Part shown: positions 55,267 to 64,000 of the stretch, one piece after another
Position numbering within the stretch: the first letter of the stretch is position 1
Layout: every line of letters starts with the position of its first letter
Translations under genes and position numbers: made by a program
Assembly (NCBI GenBank): GCA_016748015.1
Contig: JAAOMT010000659.1
Location: 186,001 to 250,000, forward strand
Source of the DNA: Geosiphon pyriformis uo1
Lineage: Eukaryota > Fungi > Glomeromycota
DNA length: 64,000 bases
Direction of reading: 5' to 3'
Notes under the pieces: generated by a model
What the model was told of the DNA's origin: nothing
The model's input: the letters and a program-made list of their open reading frames with translations, nothing else
Database searches by the model: none

Positions 55267-57689
55267 TTACTATATATACATAATTCTTGTTATATAAAAT
55301 CTCATATTTTTTTAAGTAATATGTTCTATTTTCTCTGATAATATACTTATTGCTAAGCAATATGTTATAATTTTTTGACAATGTGCTTATTACTAACCAG
55401 TATATTATAATTTACTAATAATGTGCCTATTGTTAAGCAATATGTCATAATTTTTTAATATTATACTTTCTTGTTAAGTATTATTATTCTATTGGTCTAT
55501 TTTTTTATCTGTTTTTTCTACTTTATTTCTTGTACTTTTTCTATAAATAACAGCACATGAATTTTTTAAATCAAATAATATTTTAATAAACAATAAAAAA
55601 ACAGTGGCCATTTTTATTAATCAAAGAGTAAGAAATGTTTTATTATTAATATATAGCCTACTAATATCTGTTGCAAAAAAAAAGAGTCTTATAGATATTT
55701 TAGTATTGTTACAGTTTAAAAATTTAGAAAAAGAATCATAAAAATAATATAAACTATTCAATCATAATATAATACAATAATAACCTTAGAAAGGTAATGA
55801 TTAACATAGTAGCAAACACTATTTCGTAATAGTGGTAAGCACTAGTTTACAATAGCAGCAAACACTAAATTAAAATATCAAAAAAAAAGTATTACAATGT
55901 GTTTTCTCGTAGAACTACAAACATGTATATATACAGTAGCTTTAATATTGAGAAAAAGAATCAAGTAATAAAAATCATAACTTATCAAGCAATAGATCCA
56001 ATTTATCCAACAAACTCCACTTTAAATCGTATTTTTAAATAAAATATTCCAAGAAATCTTTAAATCAAAAAGAAATGAAAAAGAATATTTAAAACTGAAT
56101 TATCACAACCCAAAGTGTTAAAAAACTTACTTGTATTATTTATTGAATGAAACTATCATTCATCAGCTGAATCTCTTGGAAGAATAATCCTTGATTAAGA
56201 TTATTTACATTGTTACTAATTGATAAAAGCTTTATTGTAAGAATTAGGAAAAGTGCTAAAAGCCATTAATATTTCATGTTTCTAGATTAGAGAAACACAT
56301 TAGGCAATTGCAAAGATAGTCTCAGAGAAGACTCCAGACAGCAGGTAGATTTCAGTTCAGCCTCTGAAAAGGAGTACATAAACACATACAACAAGCAAAG
56401 ATTGAAAAATAGTTTATATCAGGACATCAAAAGGAAATCAACAGTTTAAATACCAACATTATCATACAATTAGAATTAAGGAACTCACAAGAGACTGATT
56501 GCAATTAGAACAGGATATCAGCAATTAAATATATACCAAGAAAACCATTCTGTAACAGTATCTTTTTGTCTTTTGAGAATTTGTCCAAATTCAGTTAACA
56601 AAAGCTCATTTAGATGTCAAATTTTTTGTTAATTTGGTTTTAAGAAAAAAAATTTCAAATAAACAGTTTTTTTATTTAGTTTTTGTTATGCTGCAGTCTA
56701 TAATTAGTTATAAGACTCAATTTAATTTTGTCTTTAGAAATGTGTACAATAAATGAGATATGCTGATTAAGAAGGATTTGAGAATAAAAGCTGATTTGTC
56801 AAAAGATTTTCTTAACAAAGCTTTTTATTACTTATTATTATATGGCTTAAAGTTTTTTAAGCAAGTACAAACTGAAAGTAAAATGGCTTTTGTAATAAAT
56901 TTTTTAAATGTTGGTAGAATTTTTGGTTGTCTGTTTGATTATAAGTTTTTAAATCTGCAGATTTTGAGTTGGTCTCTTATCTATCTTTTATACTGTTCTG
57001 TAAAATTGAATATTAGTTCAATTAACAATTTTCTGGCCAGTATAATAAAATTTTTTTGGTTTGTAATATTTTTTTTAACAATAATCTTTTGTCTGTATTT
57101 CATCTGTTTGATAGCATTTCAATATCTTTTGTTTTGAATAATTTAATGTTCTATAAAGTTTTTTATTTACTTAAAAATTTTGGTATTACTTTTGTTAACT
57201 AATTGTATAATAAAAAAAAGTTAGTCTTTAATTAGAAAAGCTTTCATCACTAAAAAAACTCAATTCTAAGAGTTCAGTTCTTGTTTGATTCAAATTGGCA
57301 TTATTATGAATAAAGTAAGTAGAGTATGATGGTAATGTTTAGTGCTCACAAATTTGGGTTTCTAGGGAGTTTTGGATGGTTTTTTTCTAATAGGCTTATT
57401 ATTATGTTAGTATTATCAGTCTTTGAAGATTTGTTTAATTGTTATAAATTTACTTGTAGAGTTTTTTGGTTATAAGACACAAAGATATGTTTTGCAGTAT
57501 TGCAACTTCTTGTATGTGAATGTGAGCTATCTTTTTTGAGCTAATAAGCACAGTCATTAGAGTCTAACAGTGTCTTTTCACCCTTCTAATAAGCTATTAA
57601 GATAATATTAATATCCAAACTTAAAAGAAGCTCCTTTTTTTTACCAGATTATTATAAAGTCTATTTTCAGACAGTTAATTTTTTTATGT

Positions 57690-58307
57690 TGTCACTCTAC
57701 AAGAGAGAATAAAAAAAAATAAAATAAAAGAAAATAAAAGAAAATAAAGAAATAAAGAAAATAAAATAAAATATAAAAAATAAGTGTCCTGTTAATAGTT
57801 GTAATCAAGAGCTATTGTGCCAGCAGATTAAATAATAGATTATAACATAGATTTGAAGAATTAAAGAGATATTTTATTAATATAATTCTATTTTGGTTGA
57901 TAGCAACTATCCTTAAAAGTAAAAGTATTTAATAATTATAACTTGCAAGTCTAATTAACTCTGAAAGTCTAATTAACTTCTAAAAGTCTAATTTTTTTCT
58001 TTTTTTTAACTTTTACAACTACTTATATTTATATATTTTTTTGTTTTACAGGATTGCTTTTTAATTATTTCATTCTTACTAGTTATTGCTTTGCTATTTC
58101 TGTTATTACTTTGTTTTTTTATGTTATTTACTAATTATTTTATGTTTCAACTAGTTATTTTATGCTATAATATATTATCAAGTTTTGTATTATATTATCC
58201 TAAGTTATTATACATTATTCTGTGTTTTTTCATGTTATCCTGTGTTATCATATATTTGATCACATTTTTTTATAACTTGAATTTGTTTTTCTATTTGGAT
58301 AATAACA
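57690..58307 (-). repeat. Probable solo LTR E
   Basis: TGTCAC...ATAACA termini; contains the hairpin motif shared with LTRs A and C; TSD imperfect. Confidence 0.55.
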
Positions 58308-58767
58308 TATGATTTTTTGGTCAAGTTTGTGTCTTATTTTTCTGTTGAATTATTTAATATTAGCTTTTGACCTTTGAATATTTGTGATATTGGTAATATT
58401 TCTAATATAATACAGTGTTTTTTGATACTGATTTAAGTATTGTTAATATTTATACAGATAAGTTTTTAAAAAACTTGGATACATATAGGATAGGATATAA
58501 TATGACTGTATTTTTTTTTAATCTAGTTATGAGTATTAGTGTTGAAGTTAATAATTTGGTATCTTCTATAATGGCAAAATTGCAAACAATTGTTTTGGCT
58601 TTGGAATGTGTTCTTGTTTACAGTTCTATTGTGGTATATTCAGATAGTTAAACTGCTTTAGATGTTTGTGTTATAGAGTTGGAAATGGCTTTACCAGATT
58701 TTTGCAACTGTTGTTGGATGAAAAAACATAGTGTTATAAACTTTATTAGGTACAAAAAACTTAATAT

Positions 58768-59640
58768 TATTACAGATAATTATTTAAGATGTTGAAATAA
58801 ATAACAAATCTGTAACTTGATATTCAATAATTAATGATATTAGTAATTTTTGAAGATTTTGAAGTCTAAAAATTTTGGTTGAGTTTTTTGTATAATAGAC
58901 AGAAATTTAATTGATGGTTTCTTTTATGAATTTTTTTTAGTGTAATAACTAGTTTATTCTGGCAGTTGTGCTCTTCTGGTAAGCTATTTTTAAATTTTTA
59001 TTCTTATTTTTGGGTCTTTTATCAGATTATTTTTGATGTCAAATACTTAGCACTTAATTTTTTTTAACTAATTAGTAAACAACAAAGAAATAAAACAAAA
59101 AAAAATAAAAAAAATAAAAAAAAATAAGAAATTAATATTTGTTAATAGCTGTGATCAAAAGTTATTGGTCCAATATGATTAAATATTAGATTCTATCAAC
59201 ATAGAATATTGATAGCATGGAAGTAATTAATATTCTTAATTAAGCAATAATACTATAAATTCAGGTAATAATTAATATTGTATTAATATGTAATTTGATT
59301 TTATTTCAAGTTGTAGAAAACTATTTTTAAAGAAAAGAATATTGGGTAATTAATGAATTTTAACTGATTGTTAGTCTTGATTCTGTTATTTTTTGCTTTT
59401 AATACTCTTATTATATATATAATTCTTGTAATATAAGATTTTATATTTTTTTAAGCAATGTGTTTTATTTTTTTTGACAATGTGCTTATTGCTAAGCAAT
59501 GTGCCATAATTTTTTAATAATGTGCTTATTGTTAAACAGTGTGCCATAATTTACTGATATTGTGCTTACTTGCCAAATATTATTCTTCTATTGATCTGTT
59601 TTTCCTACTTTTTTTCTTTGTACTTTTTTTATAAGTAATA
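58768..59640 (-). repeat. Solo LTR C2
   Basis: tattac...gtaata termini, TSD ATAT/ATGT, U5 homologous to LTR A, ~40-bp tandem repeats in U3. Confidence 0.82.
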
Positions 59641-59695
59641 ATGTTTACTAGTTTAAGATTAAAAAATATTTGGATGTTTTAAAAAATAAGTATGC

Positions 59696-62600
59696 TATTA
59701 CTGGAGGTTTTTGGTCTCTTTTCTTGAATGTTGTAAATGTCTGTTGGTTGCAAATTCACGTTTTTTAGAAGTAGTTGAACCTCCAATAACTGAATTTATC
59801 TTCAAATTATCTTCTATAATTTGAACTTGCTGGGCTTATAAGTAAAATGGCCAATTCCTTGCCAGTTACTTTATGTAGTTACATTGTAGTAAATGTCAAT
59901 TTTTTTCCAGAAATTGCTCGTCTAGAAACTCACTAAAAATGTGTAGTTACTTTGCTGTGAAAGTCAACTTTTCTACAGAAATCTTGTCTGTAGACTACCT
60001 TAATGATTATAATAAGAAAATAAAAGAAATGTAAAAGAAATTGAATTCTGTCAAGAGAAACGTTTTCAATCCAGACCTGGAGTTACTAACAGTTTACTGA
60101 AATTGGTAGCTAATCAATTTCAAAATGTTAGTTGGGTTTTGGGGATTTTCCAAGTGCAATAATTAAAGAATTTGGTTTTTCAAATTATTTGGTATTTATT
60201 TCTTTTTGTGTGTGTAGGAATGATTCTAAGTAATAAATCTAAAGTAAGATACATTTTCTTGAAGAGAAAAGCTCTTCTTTTATACAACTTGTTGTAATAC
60301 TAGTCTATAAACTTGCACTTTTTCTCTTTGCTCAAATTTTGGCAAACTAAAGATACATTTTAATGGACTACAAGTTATTTCGCTGAACTACTGATTAATT
60401 TGGGTGAACTATTCATAATTTTGGCGAATTTCTATAAATTTTGGCGAATTTCTTATAAATTTTGGCAAATTTCTGAATGTTACAAAGTTCAGGGTATTGT
60501 GTAATTGGATTATTTAATTGAATTGTGATATGTGATAATTGATTAAATAATAAATAAAAATTTCAAATGATATTAATATACTAATTAATTATAGGAATTA
60601 TAAGGGTAATTTTATGCTAATTAATAGCTAAAATTCTACTGGTAACATAATCTTCTCCTCAAGACTGAGCTCTATCGAAGTTCAAGCACTATCTGTGATA
60701 TTAAGATAGTAATCCAAAATAATTGAAGTAATCTGGTCAGAAAATTGTCGAAATTTCAGTTCTGTGAGTTTGCCAATATATTAGACTTTTATTGATTGCA
60801 GTATTAGATTTTGTAGAATATTTTCACAAGTATTAAACAAATCATAGAGTCTAAAAGCTGCTCTAAGTTTGTAGCGAGTGTTTGTTGGTCCAGCTGCTGT
60901 TTTGAATTCATTATGAATTTGTTTTTGTATAGCTTTAGGAGTGAGATTTGTTGTTTTAAGTTCCAGTTTTCGTTTATAAAGTGTCTTTCCAATGTAAAAG
61001 TATTTATAGATAAGAGTGTGTTCATTGTTCTGTTTATTGAGAAGTAGTAGAAGTTTTTGTTGTATTGTAGTATTTGATGGAATGTTAATAGGGGCAATTA
61101 AAAAATTTTCTTCCAGTGCTTGCTTCAAAAGTCTTGGTAACCTATTTTCAGAGTGACTTCTTGTTTTTTTTCTATAGAGGTGATAGTTCTGTAAATGATT
61201 TACTACTGGGGCTGTGGTTTCTTTCTGAATGTAATTAATTTGACTTCCATTAATCGTTATGGATAAGTCAGGAAGTGTTTTTAAGGCTAACATTAACTTT
61301 TGGAATATTTGTTGAATATTTTGGGGAATAATCATGATAAAATTAACTAATTATGAAAAGAGAGAATAAAGAAAATTATTTTTGGATATGTGGTTTTTAT
61401 TTGTTTTTGGGTTTGAGTGTTTTTTGTAATTATTTACTATTTTTTGTCTTTGTGTTTTTATTAAAGAATTATTGTAAAATTTAAGTGTTCAAGTTTGGTT
61501 GTTGTTCTATAATAATTATTGGTTCTAAATTTTGGAGAATATCTTCAGGATTAATTAAAGGAGAATGTGTACCAATTTGTGGAATTAATGTTTCATGATT
61601 GTTTCTGGAATAATAGTGTTTCAATCTGTCTCCATGTGTAATTTTTGCTAGTATTTTATCATCAAGTCTTAACTTGTATGATCTATTGCCTAGAATTTCG
61701 TGAATATAAAATGGTCTATCCCATTTGTTTTCAAATTTTCCACTCCATTGTTTTTCAGCCTTAGTTCTGTGTAAGAGAACTTTATTTCCAACTTTAAATT
61801 CATTGATAATGAGTGGTAATTTGTTGTCATGTCTTTTCTTTTTGTTAAGCTTGGAAATGTTCAATGTGAGTTGCTGCTATCCTTTTTTTTCCTTCCAATA
61901 TACTGAGAAGAGTGTAAGCCCTTTTTTGGAGTGTTTTTTGAAAGTTTTCTTCATTGATAGGTTGCACTGAATATGTTTCTACTGTGAAATTAATTGGTAA
62001 TGTTGCTGTCCTTCCATAAGTAAAATCAAATGGTGTGTGTTTCATAGTATCTTGTTTTAGTGTTCTGTATGCTAGTAACACTGATGAAATAAAGATATTC
62101 TATTCCTGTTCAAAGTCTGTTGAGACTTTGGCTAGAGATTCACACAATGTTCTGTTGAAATGTTCTACAAGTCCATTTGTTTAAGAGTAATAGGGTGATA
62201 ATAGAGGTCTTTTGACATTGAATTATTCACAAATTTCTTGTATCAAGTTGTTCACAAAATGTGTTCCTTGATCAGATAAGAGTTCAATTGGACATTCATG
62301 TCTACAAATAATGTCTTCATAAATGAAATTTGCTACTGATTTTGCATCTGCTCTTTGGATGACTCTAGCTTTAGGCCATTTGGTAAAATAATCTACTGCT
62401 ACTGCAATATAGCAATTTCCTTGGGTTGTGATAGATAATGGTCTGACTAAATCAATTCCAACTCTGTCAAATAGTTGTCCAACTTTGATTGGATTTAAAG
62501 GTTTTGTGGGGCGAGTTCCTTCTTTTCTTTGACAACTATCACAAGATTCTATATATTGTCAAATGTCTTTTTGCATGTGAGACCAAAAATAATGTTCAAG

Positions 62601-64000
62601 AGTTTTTTGAATTGTTTCATCTCTTCTCAAGTATGCTAAAGACAGATCTGTGTGCATGTTATATAAAATTGTTTCTTTTTCATTTTTCTGTACTAATCTG
62701 AGTAGTTGATTTGGGTTTTTATGATTTTTGTAATAGATTTTGTTGTGGTGTATAAAATATTGTTTGGATTAGTGTTGTAATCAATGTTTTTTACTTGGAA
62801 ACCAATTTTTTGGCATGGTGAGAGTCTCCAAATAGTTTTTGATGTTGTAGTTTTCTGAATCCATTGTTGTTGATTTTGTTGTTTGTTCTGCTGTTAAGTT
62901 TGTTGGTGTTTTGTTGGTGTTGATGTTGGTATTAATATTGTCTCATTCTTGAGAGGCTATCAACATTGGTGTGTAGTTTTCCTGGTTTGTGATGTACAAT
63001 GTATCTGTAGTCTACTAGGAAGTCATTCCATTGAGACTGTTTGGCATTTTGTTCAGTTTTCTTTTTATTAAGTCATTTGAAGCCAATATTGTCAGTTATT
63101 ATGTTAAATTCTTTTCCATTCTTCAGGTATTGTTGAAAGTATTTGAGAGCCCAGATGACTGCAGTGGCTTCTAGTTCAGTTGAGCCATATTTGAGTTCTG
63201 TTGGCTTGAGTGTTCTGTTAGCATAGGCGATAACTTGTTCCTGGCCATTTTCATCCAATTGTGATAAGATAGCACCAAATGCTATGTGTGAAGCATTAGT
63301 GGCTAATTAAAATCGTTTGTTGAAGTCTGGGTAAGCAAGAACTGGGGCTGTTGTCAATTTTGTTTTGAGAGTTTCAAAAGCTTTTTGTTGTTCTTCAGTC
63401 CATTTGTATGGTACATTTTTGTTGGTAAGATAATTGAGTGGTTTGGCAATTTCTGAGAATTCTTTTATAAATTTTTGATAGTAAGAGACTAATTCTACAA
63501 ATCCTCGTAGTTCTGTGGTATTTCTGGGAGTTTGAAAGTTTTTGACAGCACTGATTGTTCCAGAATTTGGTTTGACTCCATCTTTGCTAACAATGTGTCT
63601 GAGAAAGATTAAGCTTGTTTTTCCAAAGTAACATTTTTCAATGTTTAACTTCAATCTTGCTTTCCGTAATCATTGAAAAACTTCTTGCAGGTGAATAAGA
63701 TGAGTCTTAAAGCTTGGTGAGTATACATTAGTGTTATCAAGATAGACAATTACTAATTGCCACAAGAGTCTTTCATATATAACATCCATGAGTTGCTAGA
63801 ATGTTGCTGGTGTATTGCAGAGTTCAAAAGGCATAATATTAAACTCATAGTTTTCTCCCTGGGTGGTAAATGCTGTTTTGGGTCAGTCTTTTGAGTCTAT
63901 TTCGACTTGTCAGTATCCACTTTCCAAGTCTAAAGTTGAAAAAAACTTGGCTTTTCTTAGAGCATCTAGCATGTCATCAATTCTTAGAAAAGAGTAGGCA
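59696..64000 (-). mobile_element. Ty3/gypsy element D (same family as B, less decayed): 3' LTR, 3' ORF, IN, RH, RT; continues beyond the window
   Basis: LTR 59696-60647; PPT gaggagaagatta; IN (GIDLV, YFTKWPKA, NGLVEHFN) 61481-62850; RH (VIAYANR) ~62950-63300; RT (FSTLDLESGY, VYLDN) to 64000. Confidence 0.92.
60682..61335 (-). pseudogene. Extra 3' ORF of D (~217 aa, one internal stop at 60781)
   Basis: 184-aa open frame plus in-frame continuation YIGKLTELKFRQF; colinear homologue in B. Confidence 0.75.

Larger units (their letters stand above)
34826..55552 (-). repeat. Solo LTR C1 split in two (34826-35446 and 55267-55552) by element B
   Basis: The joined halves are colinear with intact solo LTR C2 (58768-59640); junction ctcTTAC...TTACtatatat. 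Confidence 0.8.
56560..59695 (+). mobile_element. Decayed LINE ORF2 (RT thumb to RNase H) interrupted by solo LTRs E and C2 and cut by element D
   Basis: IFLS..AHLDVKFFVNLVLRK, LYGLKFFKQVQ; RNase H IYTD..SSIMAKLQTIVLALEC..YSDS; reading resumes after C2 as NVY*FKIKKYLDVLKNKYA. Confidence 0.78.

Noticed and set aside
55553-56560. Possible LINE endonuclease start (*NINGF on minus strand near 56270) or another TE fragment
   Set aside because: A single short motif with no further supporting motifs; left unassigned.
60781-60783. Shared TAA in the 3' ORF of B and D as programmed read-through
   Set aside because: Readily produced from CGA/CAA by transitions; A is open at the aligned position.

Overview
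AT-rich, intron-containing fungal genomic DNA. The gene families and repeat content point to Glomeromycotina; it resembles Geosiphon pyriformis, but that is inference from recalled families, not a search result. 1-10.2 kb is an accessory zone: a degenerate hAT transposase, an intact BTB-BACK-TLDc gene, its inverted pseudogene copy (spanning a 20-N gap), and Ig-like and Sel1-kinase relics. 12.5-32.8 kb is a core-gene block: DNF1-type P4-ATPase, RPD3-type HDAC, DNA ligase I, an orphan membrane protein, a 3-exon CSN9/CSNAP microprotein and MCM7. 33.6-64 kb is a nested retroelement cluster: solo LTR C1 was split by Ty3/gypsy element B, which was split by full-length element A, and an RNase H-bearing LINE was interrupted by two solo LTRs and by element D. 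The best candidate for an undescribed system is this Ty3/gypsy lineage, with a retrovirus-like layout: long Gag, PR, an unnamed multi-CxxC domain, dUTPase, RT-RH-IN and a conserved extra 3' ORF, plus 4-bp TSDs, a probable tRNA-Ile PBS and a conserved LTR hairpin with a palindromic loop. The long retroelement copies carry heavy C>T/G>A hypermutation that spares genes and a linked gene duplication. All translations and alignments were done by eye.
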